From Podarcis filfolensis (taxonomy: Eukaryota), in NCBI GenBank assembly GCA_964270895.1, contig OZ185450.1: DNA of 64,000 nt. One strand, 5' to 3'. Both the position numbers and the translations under genes were made by a program. Shown one piece after another: positions 39,380-52,675 of this stretch (positions are counted from its first letter, which is position 1; each line of letters begins with the position of its first letter). Under the pieces are notes generated by a model that was not told where the DNA came from, ran no database searches, and worked only from the letters and a program-made list of their open reading frames with translations.

Positions 39380-40537
39380 GCCCAGAAGCAGAAGTTTCTC
39401 TGTCCCGTCATGTGAATCAGGAAAAGGAGTGTGTGTGCAAGCTGAAGGGAACACATTATTCTAACAAAACTGATCAGCCCAAATAGGAGAGCAGGATCCA
39501 GAGCAATATAAAACAGAACTAGTTATACAGCTATTCTGTATAAATAAGCACCTTCTTCCCAGCATCTAAGGAAGCAGCTAAATACATGAACTATGTCAAT
39601 ATGAAGCTATGATTGCAATTTATAAATATCAGTATTTAAAAGCTCGGTATCTGCTTGCTGCAAGTAGCCTTGCCATTTTCAGGCAGATTATCTTCCTTCC
39701 ACATTGAAATACCTACCATAGTCTTCACTCAGTCCTCAGAAACTATTATTATGGGCATTAATTACTCAAACATTAAGAGTATAAATTATCACAGTGCCAA
39801 GAAATGTTTTAATGAGACTGAGATGGAGAGGAAGTAAGTGCTACTTAAGACTGATTAAAATCTATGTAGATATGTGCATTACCCATGTTGAGAGAATGAA
39901 CAATGACTGGGAAGCATCCTCGCTCTCAAAGCAGAGCCACGATGCTCAAAGCCAAAACTACATTCAAAAACGTGTCACTTCCATAATAGTTGAACTGTCA
40001 TTTCTTCCCCCAACGAATCCTGAAAATGGTAGTTTGGTGAAGGCATGAAGCATTCTCAAGATATCCTTAGCTCCCTGCTCCCCACCTGCTCCCTTTAGAG
40101 ATCCCAGAATGCTGTGGAAAAGGGAAAAGCCATTAAACCAGTTTAAGCCTGTCAGGCAGATCTGCCCCAAGGCATCCTAAAAACAGAGGACAGGCTCCTG
40201 TGTTACTGGAAGGGATGAACAGGCGTCACAGAAGAAAGGCGCATTAGGAAAGCCACAGTTGTCATCAATGCATAACCCTAACCTAATGTAACATGCCCTT
40301 GCACCAATTATTCTCCTTATATCCCACCTTTTCCCAATGGAGCTCAAAGAAAGGCACGCATGAAGTCCCATGATCAGCACCAGAAGTTCCACCCTCTGGC
40401 TTGTCTTTAGCAAAGATCTGGTAGGGAGGCTCCACAGTTGCAGAATTCTCTTCCCAACAAGTCCTCTTTCTTTCTCATCTTTAGAAGAGTTCTGAATACC
40501 TTTTTTATGAGTAAAGTTATGCTACTGCTCATATTGT

Positions 40538-40870
40538 GGGTGCAGCTGTGGTCTAAACCACTTAGCCTCTTGGGCTTGCCAATCGGAAGGTTGGCAGTTT
40601 GAATCCCCGCGATGAAGTCAGCTCCCATTCCTTGGTCCCAGCTTCTGCCAACCTAGCAGTTTGAAAGCATGTCTAAGTGCAAGTAGATAAATAGGTACCG
40701 CTCCGGCGGAAAGGTAAACGGCATTTCCATACACTGCTCTGGTTTGCCAGAAGCAGCTTAGTTATGCTGGCCACATGACCCGGAAGCTGTATGCCAGCTC
40801 CCTCTGCCAATAAAGCGAGATGAGCGCCGCAACTCCAGAGTCGTATCGGTCCAGGATCCCTTTACCTTTT
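40538..40870 (+). mobile_element. Full-length Sauria SINE
   Basis: gggtgcagctgtggtctaaaccac...gaatccccgcga...aagtgcaagtagataaataggtacc...ccctttaccttt; TSD tactgctcatat (40523-40534) / tactgttcatat (40871-40882). Confidence 0.93.
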
Positions 40871-41174
40871 TACTGTTCATATATTTCATTTTGATGTGCT
40901 TTTTGCTCGATTCCGCTTTATCCCTGATGAAATTTCATTCTTCAAAGGTGGGATATAAGTCAAAGGAAGAGAAAGGCTAGCCTACTTTATCATCACTGTA
41001 ACCCTGTTAGAGGTTAATGTAGAAGGACCATGCTCTTCTGTCTAGGACTAGATAAAGTTGCTTCTATATTCTGAACATCATGATGCTGCTAAAATAAGTG
41101 TTACAGAAGCAGTGATAATTTCAAATTGTATCTCAGAAATAATCAAACTAGAAAAAGTGAGATCATTTTTATTA

Positions 41175-41300
41175 TTAATATACATTTATATCCCGCTTTT
41201 CCTCCAAGGAGCTCAAGGTGACATACATAATTCTCCCCCTCTCCATTTTATCCTCATAAGAACCTAGTGAGCTTTGTGGCTGAGTGGGTCCTAGTCCAAC
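41175..41300 (-). mobile_element. MIR/Ther1-like SINE fragment
   Basis: atttatatcccgcttttcctccaaggagctcaaggtg...ctctccattttatcctcataagaacc...gtgagctttgtggctgagtggg. Confidence 0.7.
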
Positions 41301-43265
41301 ACTAACCACTACACAACACTTGTCTCTCATCACTTCCCTAGTTAGTACATGGATAGTGGCAGCTGCATCAATAAATGCTTCTCTGCCACTGAAGAAAGCA
41401 TCTTCTGCACATCAGGCAGAAAGCCAAGCTAGGACCCTTCCTCTTGATATACAGGGGGGTGGCCTTTTGAGCAGGGGCAGATTGTGAGCAAACATTAAAA
41501 CACACAACCCCTTCTTCCTACAGGCTTACAAGCCAGACAGGGAGCTTTTCTACTTGATTCTGCAGATTATATAAACTAGCTCTATTAACTGTCAAATTCT
41601 ATCACAACCCGCCCGCCCCCTTTAATTCATGGGTACCACATTTTTGTATTTGCATGATCCCTATGCATTTCCCCACATGGAAAATATTTTACTCAGTTGA
41701 AGATACTTAAAAGGTGTAGGGGGCAGTGGGAGGAACGTGGAATTGTGGCTTCTCAATAATAATAATAAAAAGGTAATTCTAGCTGCTCCAGGGCATCATG
41801 GCCTGACAAAGATGACCTCATTTAACTCACCAAGTGAGAATCTGCTGAATGTGAGGTGAATCAAAGGGGGATGAAAAGAAACATGTGCTGAGCGTTTTTG
41901 TTGCCAAGTATTACAACAAGCCTCACAGTTCCCAGAGATAAAATAGTGCTGTTTCTCAAAACAGATCTCTAGCAAAATATTAAACTCTTCAGTCAGAAAA
42001 GCCCAGCCACGCATCCCTGTGCAATGCGTTTCTATGAATCAACAGTTTGCAAAATGAATGCTTCCAACTCAGCAGTTTGCCAGACAGCCAAATGGCATTC
42101 TGTCATTTTAAGCCTTTAAATGTAGCTTTCCCACCCGTTCAAAGCAACTCACAAAAGGGGGGAAACAGCCACCCTAAGACTGCTCATATGCACTAAGCAG
42201 GATTTAAGGATGCCACCCCAGATGAGCTTGACTCAAGCCAGAAACACAATATGCTCTGGTCCATCATAAATCGGGTTACTAGCACTGTAGTCCAATTCAC
42301 TCACACATCCCCATCACAACCAACAACTCTATACACACCATCACCCTCCAATTGGAGTGGTGCAAGCAAAGCACTCTCAAATCATTCCACAAGGGCACAA
42401 ATGCACGCTAATTAGCCAACTTTATAAAGCAACCCAATGTCATGCACGTGGTGCAACCAAGGTACCAAGCATATGTATCTATGGCAGCAGAGACTGCACA
42501 TATGCTTCCTCTGCCCTGGCCTTATAGCAGGAAGCAATGTGCACCAGGCGTTACGACAAGTAGGCAAGCAATGAATTCTATGGGTGACTAAACCAGAGGC
42601 CATGCGGCATGATCAGATTTCTGCAACGCAAGCAGAGTTTGATGCCAAGACCTGCCCTGCCCATTTCGGGCTGCAATCTCTACCCCGCACTGCAGGGACT
42701 CCTCTACTGCAGGGGCAGAGAACCACATTTTGCCTCTGCTTTAGCGCTTGGTCTTTCATGGATAAATGGGAAGTTTTCAGTTTAAGAATCTTACGGTGAT
42801 TGTAGATGGCTGTTGGTTTTGGTTGGAATGATTAGCTGGTGTTTGCATTCGTAGAGCACCAAGAAGTACAACTTTTACCCTAGGTGGCACTACAGATCAA
42901 CATCATTGCATTTTGTCTGTTTAATCATCCTCCATTTGTAAATGTAATTAAGCTTCAGTGTCTCATGTTTTTTTACCTCTAGGAATTGGAAGCCCATCAA
43001 ATTATAAGTACATCCTCCATGTCCCTGCTTGTTTATTTCAAAAGAGATAAGAAAACTGTCTGCGTCTTCCTCTCTCATTCGGCTCTAGCACTGCCTTTAA
43101 GCTGCTTGGAATAACCCTTTCCAGAGACATCTTTCAACCAGAAGTCATTTCCATGTGACTTTAACATTTGCTCCCTGAAAACTGGTTAGAAAAGTAAGGA
43201 GTCAGCCTTGGAAAAACATCCTTCACCACTACTGCCTTTCCCTCCTGCACCAAATTCACCTAGAG

Positions 43266-44075
43266 CTGTGGTTTTCAACCAATGTGCCATGGCACCCTGG
43301 GGTGCCTTGAATAATGGCCAAGGGTGCCGTGGGCTACACCGGCCTCTGTCTCTCTTTTCCTCCCTCCTCTGATGCCATCTCGCGTCTCCGCCTCCCAAAG
43401 GTTTTGTGCAGCTGTTTGTTGCAGTAGCCCTGGCTACAAGGCCTCCAGGCAAATGGTGCCTCTGGGGCTGGCCAGGGGGTGCTGCTTGCCAGATGCTGAG
43501 GTGGCCTCAGAGAAAGAAAAAAAATGGGTGAGGAAGCCCAGCCAGCCAGTCCACCAGCCTTTGCTGTTGGGAATGGACAGATAAGTGGGAGACCAGGCAG
43601 GCAGGAAGGCAGGCGGGCACTGTGCTGGCCTTTCTTGTGCTTGCTGTGTGCAGGGCCTGCCTGGAAGTGGAGTGCCCAGTGCTGAAGGGGAGCCTTTACG
43701 CCATGCAGGCCCAGCAGCACCCGCTGCTGCCACTGCAGCCTCCCAAGGTGAGGTGCCAGCCTCACGTTCATCTTTGGCCAGTTGGGCCACTAGGACTGGG
43801 GACATCTTCTTCCAAGGCCCCTGTGGGGCAGTGTGAGGAGGCAGTTCAGAGATCAGGGGCAGAAGAAGCAGCTGCCCAGAGGACTCCGCAGGAGAGGGGA
43901 GAGGAGAGGAGGCTGAGGGAACACTCCACAAGGAAGGGTGTTCGAAAAAGGGTGAGAGGCTGCCAGCTCTGCAGGCAAAGGGTGACACAACTGGGCTCCT
44001 GAGCCCCACAGGGTGCCACAGAAAGAATATAGTTGGTCAAGAGAGCCGTGCACTTGAAAAGGTTGGAAACCTCTG
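43266..44075. mobile_element. hAT (Charlie-like) non-autonomous element, 810 bp, GC-rich interior
   Basis: TIRs ctgtggttttcaacc / ggttggaaacctctg; 8-bp TSD acctagag (43258-43265) / ccctagag (44076-44083); subterminal GGTGCC/GGCACC motifs. Confidence 0.85.
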
Positions 44076-44491
44076 CCCTAGAGCATTTATATCCTGCTTT
44101 ATAGCCCGGAGAGGTTCTTAATGAAGTTTACAAAAATATTCTCAAAATAAAAATCACACTCAATCCTAGTACAGGAACAGAAGTTACACAGTGTCCATAT
44201 GGTGCCAGGGTTACCCTGGCAAAACTTCCTGCCCCCAACCTAGTTCTTCCTTTGTGTCATACCAGGCAGGCACCAAAATCCTGTGAGGCTATGTAGCTGA
44301 ACCTCACTCAAACTGCTAAGCAAGCGGTCTTCCAAACTTGCTGGCAATCTGCACTTCTTAAGTGAGAGGGTGGGGAGAGGGCTGTGGGGAGAAAGGAGTG
44401 TATCACCACCCAGACTTAGGGCTCATCTACAGTTACCTTTGCTCTGCATTTCTAGGCACAATCCGGGCTTTACAGCTCCCTGTCCAAGCAC

Positions 44492-44492
<1 letters not shown>

Positions 44493-44529
<37 letters not shown>
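44493..44529. repeat. (TTA)n microsatellite
   Basis: Directly visible. Confidence 0.95.
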
Positions 44530-44531
<2 letters not shown>

Positions 44532-45924
44532 CCAGGTGTTCCGTGCTAAAACCCACTCTTTACCAATGAATTGGAGCAAAAGGCATTCTGCAGAAAACCC
44601 GAATTGACTTCTGTTAGTGGGAAACAGTCCTTCTGCCTGCACCCACAAGTTGTGCTTTGCAAGCCAAGACCAAAATCTTCATATGCAATTCAAAAATTCC
44701 CTTGTGTGCCTGAGAAATAAGAGTGATTCAAATTATCCTGTGAATGGGATTTGGAGGCCTCTACAGGAGGCCTGTTGGCTTCTGCAGGTTTTTGAAACTG
44801 TTCTTCAAATCATCGTGAACACACTCCTGCAGGAGGTGATAAAATGGATCCAAAACTGTAAGCACATATCCCTCATTGCTCAACTTGGCTTCTGGATGTT
44901 ATATATGTGGCAAAGCTCTCTTCTCTGCATTAAGAGTCTGTAACAGGAACAACCGCTTTCAGGATGCCCTAAGCGACTCAATGTGCTCAAAGCCACCACC
45001 ATTCAAGTTTATTGAGTGACAAGAACTTGTACCTGAACTCACAGTCCTTTTGCATGCCTACATTTATTCCTCCTTCCCATTTATGGAGAATCTTTTTTTA
45101 AAAAAACAACCCAGAGAAAATCAAACCTGCTGCTATGTTTGTTTTTACACAAGCATGCACATTAGCAGGCCAGCAGTAGTAAGGAAAACGATTCACTGTG
45201 ATCAAGAACCTGCCAGCAAATGAAAAAAAAGGAGGGAGAAATTAGATTGGAAGCCAACGATTTGCTTTTGATGCTGGAAAGGCTCCAGTAAAAACTGGTT
45301 TGTACATGGGAACATGGTGTCAGACTAAAAGAGAATCAGCTTGTCTGACTTGTGGTTTTCTTGACAACATTCATCTTCTCTTGGCCTGATAAAGAGCAAT
45401 TAGTGCTCGTCAGTTGAATCATGTGTTATTAAGATCATCCAGGCATTCTTTAATTATGGTTAGCTAAACAGAGAGTGAATGAGAGCTTGGGCAACTCAAC
45501 TTTACACTTCCTTTTCCATGAGAGCTCCCAATTCTCTCCTGGTTTTTTGTTGTTGTTTGTTACTGTTGTTATTTCCACAAGCAGATACATGTACCTTACC
45601 AGCATTTTCCCCTCCCCAATCTTAGGCTCCTGTCTTCAATCTTAGCCCAATCTCTTTATGCAACCCTGCTGGAATAATGACAGTGAAGGAAAACTCCTTC
45701 AACTCTTGTGTAAACAAATCTGATAAAGCCAAGCCCCTCAGAAGCACAGAAGGTATTTCAAATGCTGCAAAGGATCTTATCAAGCAGCACTCAAGGTGCC
45801 CTATTTGCAGGGCTCTCTTTTCTGTGCTTACAGCCTGCAAAGGTCCAGGGACCAACTGCCTCTTGCTTTTAACTTGTGGAACTCACGGCCACAAAATATG
45901 CAGGGTTGCTGACCTACCTTGCTT

Positions 45925-46100
45925 TCTGAAAGAATTAGACAAATTATTGGAGAAGATTATAATCAATAACCCATTGTTTCTGATAGTTCACTCAGGAAAC
46001 TCAATGTTCAGAGGCTGTATGGACTAAATAACAGTAGAAGAGGGCAGTTGCCTTCATGCCCTGGCTTCTCAGAGCCATCTGATTGGAACTACACTGCCAG
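45925..46100 (+). mobile_element. Degenerate CR1 3' end
   Basis: ttctgaaagaattagacaaattattggagaagattataatcaat ... agccatctgattgg. Confidence 0.5.
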
Positions 46101-49055
46101 ACAGCAACATCTGTCAGCCCTACACAGCATGGCAAATAGTCAGGAATAGGGGAAGTGTAATCCAACAACATGTGGGAAGCACCCTGGGATAGACTATTGG
46201 TCTTATCTAGCCAGAAAATCCTTTTTCTTCTACTTGTTCAGAATTATTCCCAACAAGGAGAGTTTGAAACAGTGTATGATTAAATCATTCCACTTCTGAG
46301 GGGAAACGGTGAGGAACACAGAATGCTTGGACCTGGCTGGAATTTCTAGATAAACGAGATTTAAAGTCTAATGCAAAGATAATAGGAATGTGTTCCTAAA
46401 AGCTTGGTTTATGACTTCAAATGTTTGTTTTCCTCTTCTCTCCCTTACCAAATGTCCTCCCACCCAAATGGCTATGCTCCCCAAAGTCTCTGTACCCACT
46501 TTATACCTAAGAGTAGGGGCTAATATCATTTGAGAGCATTTCCTTTATAGGGCCAGCAAGGTGGTCAGGAAGAGAGCATTAATGATAAGGAGATGTTCTT
46601 TTTTACTACATGAAAGATCAGAAAACATTTCTGGCTAAGGTTTGCACAGGTATGTTGCAATCCCAAAATATTCCTCCGAAAGGCTTATGAATTTCAAAGC
46701 ATTACCGGGGGGATGACCAGGAAAATCTTAACAAGCACATCTATTCGGACAGAATTCACATTTATGCATGCTCTGGGTTATAGCTACCATAAGTCATATA
46801 TAGAGCAGACTTACTGAAATTAATGGACATGAATAACTTAAGCCCATTAATTTCAGCAGGTCTACTCCAAGGAGAACTTCGTGGGATACAACCCTCTCCC
46901 GCTGCCTCCATGCCTGCCCACATGATTAAGACTAAAATACACTCATGGGAATTTGTCATAAGTCTTGGAATGTATCTAGCAGAAAAAACCTCAAAGACTT
47001 TTGCCATCCGAATGTCACTGAAATTTAAGGTGTTTAACAGGGAAATGGAGACAAAGCATTTGCCTGTCAGCCGTGTCTCTGCATCATAACCCAGTTCAAT
47101 GAGGGTAAAACCAGGAAATGTTTATGAATGTGGGAACTGGCTTTCCCCTGATGAACATGGGCAGTGATTCACCAAATACAACAGAGAGGCAAGCTCTTCC
47201 AGTAGCCACTTCTGCCATAGGTGATTCACAGACTTTTCACACTGCTGTAGTGCATTGAAAATGAATTCAATACAACTTGCACAAAGCTAAATCGACAGTC
47301 ACTGAATTGCTCCCTTTGACTGTGTACACATGAATACAAATGGAAGGGGCGTGTCAGCTTAGGAGTAAATGGATACTTGCACATGCTTTAAGTATATGAC
47401 CTGCAACCCATCATGCTCTGAGCCTGCAGCACCTTCTGAACTGGAGTTCTGTGGAACATGCAGTGGGGAATCTATCTGTGCAAACACTACACACAGAGTC
47501 AATCTGGGACAGAAGAAAGAACTGCAGAGAAACCAGTCTCTTAAAAACCAACAGACTAGAACAGGTGTTTTCAGTGATGATCACTGCTTTCCATAAAAAG
47601 TGGTTTTTAAATTCTGCAGCATGAGACCACCTCTGCCTTTGTCTTGCTTCACTCCTCACCCCACCGCAATTTTAACATGGCCAAATTCTGACAGTATCCT
47701 AACAAAGGGCAAGTCATGTTCTTCAAAAATCACATGTGGGCACCCCACAGTTCTCCATTCTTGTTTCTCCAGCCTTTATTGTCTGCAAAGTTTGGATGAT
47801 CTAATGGCTCCCATGCAGGAGCCCATCATCTCTATGATGGACATACATGGGAAGAACCCACTTCCTCAAGCATCCAGAAGCAAACAGAACAGCTTCCGAT
47901 TCCATTGACCATGGTATCCTACTCTAGTCATTGCAAGCTATTGTTTGAAGCAGATACACCTTTCCTTATCACTTGATACTACAAAACTCAATTGTTCAGC
48001 CCATTGTTACAGACACTTATAGATTTACGCCACAATTTACATAAATACATAAAAAGTTAGCATTGCCTGGGGTTTAACTGCATGAGGAATTCTGCAAAAA
48101 GTGCCATGATTTCAAGGGAACTAATCACAGGATAAGGAACTGTGGGCACTCTGGTGATACTCTGTACCAGAAGAACTTAGGAAGGAGATCAATTAAATTA
48201 GCTATAGAAAATGGCCGCAAGACGTTTCCCTTACCCTGCAATCTTACATATTTGCAGCACTTGTACTGCCTGCAAGAGAGACAGGATGTTCTCATAATGC
48301 CAGCATCTGTACAGTGTTGGCACAGCAGCCAGTATCCACTTTCCAAGCATGCTTCCTCGCTGAAACAGCAAAGTTTAAGAATGGCCCATTAGACCTAGAA
48401 CATAACTACAAAGGCGCTAACAGTTCATTTGTAACATTAAAGGAAAAGCCTACAGCAACTGCCTTGTAATCAAGTTCAGCTGCCTGCAGAAAAACTAGCC
48501 TCCAGAACTACAAAATTGCACTCAGCTGCCCTTGAAGTGGCTTCCTGCAGGAGGCAGAAGAGGGCTGCTGGCTTTTCTGTAGGCCTGTTTGTGGATTTTC
48601 CAACCTCAGGATCTCTACCCACACCACCTTTCCACCCACGTTTTGTGAGAAATATGCTGTAATCTCCCCTTTACCATAAAGGGAGGTTAGGTTGCTGAAG
48701 CTTGTAGAAGGGAGTGTGATCAGAGAAGTTGTAGGAAAAGTTTAGGAAGGGCCAAAAAAAATCTCAGGCATCTGATCAGAAATACTTTTTTTCACAGCAA
48801 GGCAGGAAAGCAGGTCTGAAAGCCTGAAATATTCTTCCAGCTGAATCCAGGAGATGACTCTGCTGTTCAGAGCTGCACCATAGACGGTGTTTGCCCTGTG
48901 CAATAGGAAAGCAATGTGCACAATGCTTTTAAAAAGAAAAGAAAAAAAGCCTTTCACCTAGTCACTTGCGAGAAGTAAAAACTGTTTCCAGGTGAACAAA
49001 CAAGGAAGGTTTTTCAGTTACTTAATTTTATACTACCGGTCTACTAAGGAATCTA

Positions 49056-49286
49056 CAGTGGTACCTCTGGTTACATACTTAATTTGTTCCGGAGGTCTGT
49101 TCTTAACCTGAAACTGTTCTTAACCTGAAGCACCACTTTAGCTAATGGGGCCTCCTGCTGCTGACGCACGATTTCTGTTCTCATCCTGAAGCAAAGTTTG
49201 TAACCCGAGGTAATATTTCTGGGTTAGCGGAGTCTGTAACCTGAAGCGTATGCAACCTGAAGCATATGTAACCCGAGGTACCACTG
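49056..49286. mobile_element. Tc1/mariner (Tigger-like) MITE
   Basis: TA|cagtggtacctc ... gaggtaccactg|TA, perfect 12-bp TIR, 231 bp; internal repeated taacctgaa motifs. Confidence 0.92.
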
Positions 49287-49364
49287 TAATGTGTTTTGAT
49301 ACATGGGTTAAACACACCGTATTACAAATAGACAACATAAAACTAAAACCTCTTCTAAAAGCAG

Positions 49365-49500
49365 TAAGATGGGGAACCTGTGGCCGTCTAGATATTGTTG
49401 GACTTCAACCACCATCAGTCCCAGCCAGCACATCCAATGATCAGGGATAATGAAAGTTGAAGTTTGACAACATCTGAAAGGCCCGCAGGTTCCCCATCCC
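49365..49500. mobile_element. Palindromic MITE
   Basis: atggggaacctgtggcc...tagatattgttggac / caacatctgaaaggcccgcaggttccccat inverted arms. Confidence 0.75.
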
Positions 49501-50567
49501 ATGGGTAACACAAACTATAACAGATTAGGAACTAAAACAGAATTTTGTGTGAGGCTACTTATGCACCACACTCAATCACCATAAATGTCCGATAGCAGAG
49601 CCGTATTTCCACTCAACTGTGTAAAAAGGAAGAACTATCCACATACAGAGCAGCACAACTCCTGGACGTAAACATGAGTTCTGCATGTACCCTCCAGAGC
49701 AGAAGGAGGCTGGCAGAGTAGTGACTCAGGCGGACATCACATAGACAACTGGACACTAGGACAACTGGAGGATCCAGCCACAAGCACACAAAGGCACAGT
49801 ATGCATGCACGCAAGCAAGCATTGATGGACATTTATAGCCTGCCCTTCACCACGCAGTCCCTGTGCATACAGGTCAATACAATTAAACCATGTAATGTCC
49901 TCCACGCACAAAGATCTGTACAAAAAAATGCATCTTGATCAGTCATCAAACTATATACAATGGCGAAGCCAAACACACCACAGAGGGGAGGGCATTCCCA
50001 ATCATGCACTGCCACGGCAAGAATTCCACATGGCAGCAGATAGAAGTGAGCTCTTTAACACTTTGTTGCCAACAGAATACCTGTTTAATCAGAGAAGCTT
50101 TTTGAAGAACTGTCCGCCACCAGATTCACCTGGTGTTCATACACTTCGCTTAGACATGGTGTTCATACACTTCCCTTAGACATCTCCAACAGGGGCAGCA
50201 AGCAGCTCTTAATACATGTCTGTTGTTTTCAGCCTTTAATGTTTGTAACAGCAAATGGGTCCTGCAATTTCAAAAAGAGGCCCTCCAGTATGCTAGATTG
50301 CCAAATGTGCTCCTTCTCACCATTCTGGACATTGCTCCAGGTCATAGTTTTGAAGTAACAGCATGCAATCAGGAGGACAGGAAGCTGGGATTGTGCAAAA
50401 CCGGAGCAGAAAGTTTGCCGACATCACAAAGCAGCTGAACACAGAATTCAAAACTGGAAATTGCACTAATATTGCATGCAGGGGGAGGGGAGAATCTCTG
50501 CATAGCACCCCGGGAAGGTGAAAATACAGCCCCCAGGCCATAGAAGGTCCTCTGCCCCTGGCAAGTC

Positions 50568-50766
50568 ATAGGATCATAGAACTGCAGAGTTGGAAGGGAC
50601 CACGATGGTCATCTAGTCCAACCCTCTTCAATGCAGGTATCTAAACTAAAGCATCCATGACAGATGGCCATCCAACCTCTGATTAAAAACCTCCAATAAA
50701 GGGGAGTTCACAATCTCCCAAGAGAGTCCATTTCACTGTTGAACATTTCTTACCGTCAGAAAGTTA
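50568..50766 (-). mobile_element. CR1 LINE 3' terminal fragment
   Basis: atcatagaactgcagagttggaagggaccac...ggtcatctagtccaaccc...cagatggccatccaacctctg...tcagaaagtt. Confidence 0.88.
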
Positions 50767-52615
50767 TATAGTGTTTCAGAACTATAAAGTGTTTTTGGAC
50801 CTAGAGATGTCTTTCAATGCTGGCCTGTTCTTTAAGCTTCTCAAAACTTTGTGCTAGGCAGCATAAGTCACAAATTCCAATTACAAATGCCCCCTTTACT
50901 AAGCATGCTCTCTGACCACAAAGCAATAAATGTAATTTCATAGAGAACAGCTGCATTCCGAGCCCCATGCATGCCCTCCTTTTCTCTCACACTCAGCTTA
51001 GAATTTTCCTTCCCAATTTCAGCAAACCATTGCATCTGAACTAGCAAACCATCATTTGAGCGAGCCCTCCAAACCAGAATTGAAACAGTGAGGGCCACTC
51101 CAATGCACATAGCTCTATCCTGAGTTCTATTTCTTAGTAAGCATGAGAGATCTTGCAAAGTGGCTACACTTGACAGGTTCCTACAACTCCAATGTGAAAA
51201 TGCAGCCACACTATCTATATATTTTATCACTACCTATAGTACATGTCTGTGTTCTATACTTGTATTTACAAGACTACAGTTGACATTAATGTGCTGATTA
51301 CAGATAATTGACTTTTATGCCTCTGTTTGTTGTTAAGAGTGGGGTGGGGGAAGGATTCACACATTTTCCAAAACTATGAATAATGTGTTTAATTTGAATA
51401 TGTCCTCCACCCTAACCCTAAGGCTGTGTGCTTGTTTTATAGAAGCACACCAGCCTGGCTGAATAGGGGGAATAATTAATTACAGAAGAACAGATCTTCA
51501 GTACAGATTATTATTATTTTCCTTTTATGTCATTTTTGGCTCTTCTGTCCCCTCATGCACAGACAAATTAATCAGGGGGGCTTAAAATCTAAAAATTCTT
51601 CACCCTGCAAAGATGCATCAATACAGAGTTGAAGCACATAACAATTCTGGACCCAGGAGAGTCTTAATTCTGTAACCTGTAAAAATAAAATATATTCACC
51701 TATGTTTCCTTGTTTTTAGGACTGCAACATCTAGTCAATTGATTGGTTAGAGTGGCTGATTAAAAAAACAACAGAGCAACTAAAAGGTACCCTAGATTAA
51801 GTGGGCAAATTAGCTGTTTAGTTCTTATAATGCTGCCAATGACAGGCCCCATCTTAAAATAGGCATTCCCCATTTTCTTATGCACAGGAAAAACTTCCGA
51901 TTCTAAGAACAAAAAAGTGTGATTTAGCTTAAGAACTATCCTTTTACACATTAGCAAAAAATATATAGTATGAATCAACAAATTAGAAAGCTAAAACTAT
52001 GGTTTCTTTGGTTTCATAAGCACTGTTTAAGTCACACTAGTCTGCATCTGCAAGGGAGCAAAGAGCCACACAAGGCACAAAAATTATGTCCTCCCTGGGA
52101 ATCCCGTCTGGGATTGCACCAAATATTGGTCACCTTCCCTCTTGCCTTTGCACCCTGAATGGGTGGAAACTGGCATTTTCTTTTAAAGTTGTCTCATAAT
52201 TCTAAAGTTTTGCTGATGGCAGAATACTGAAGCTCCCTTTATGGGCTATTGTACCCAAGTGGCTGTTAATTATCATTATGTTTAAAAAAAAAATCAAGAA
52301 AAACAATTATTATCAAAAAGGAAATAAAATGGTGTCCAGCAGTTGTAACAAGGAGACACCGCTGTCACTCCACTCACAGCTCATGCTGCAATTGTGTAAT
52401 GCATTGTGGGCCAGGGTCCTGCCAAAAACCAGGGATGGATGCATCTTTCATTAGTCCAGCCACTTGCAAAAGAAACCTCACCCTTGTCTCTTGGCATAAT
52501 TACAAGTATGCAATTAACATGATTTGCCTATTGTTCCCAATAATGTGGGACACACCAAACTACAGAGGGCACAATGCACTGAAAGCTCATGCAGTATTCT
52601 GTTCTGAGCACTTCA

Positions 52616-52648
<33 letters not shown>

Positions 52649-52675
52649 ACTACAAATAGAAACTTCTAAATTTTT

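Noticed and set aside
43186-44053. Cluster of overlapping ORFs up to 191 aa
   Set aside because: Confined to the GC-rich interior of a hAT element; no recognisable domain or splice structure.
45677-46027. 116-aa ORF with CPIC...CG.H..C suggestive of a RING finger
   Set aside because: Cys/His spacing does not fit RING, and the C-terminal part overlaps a decayed CR1 tail; treated as chance.
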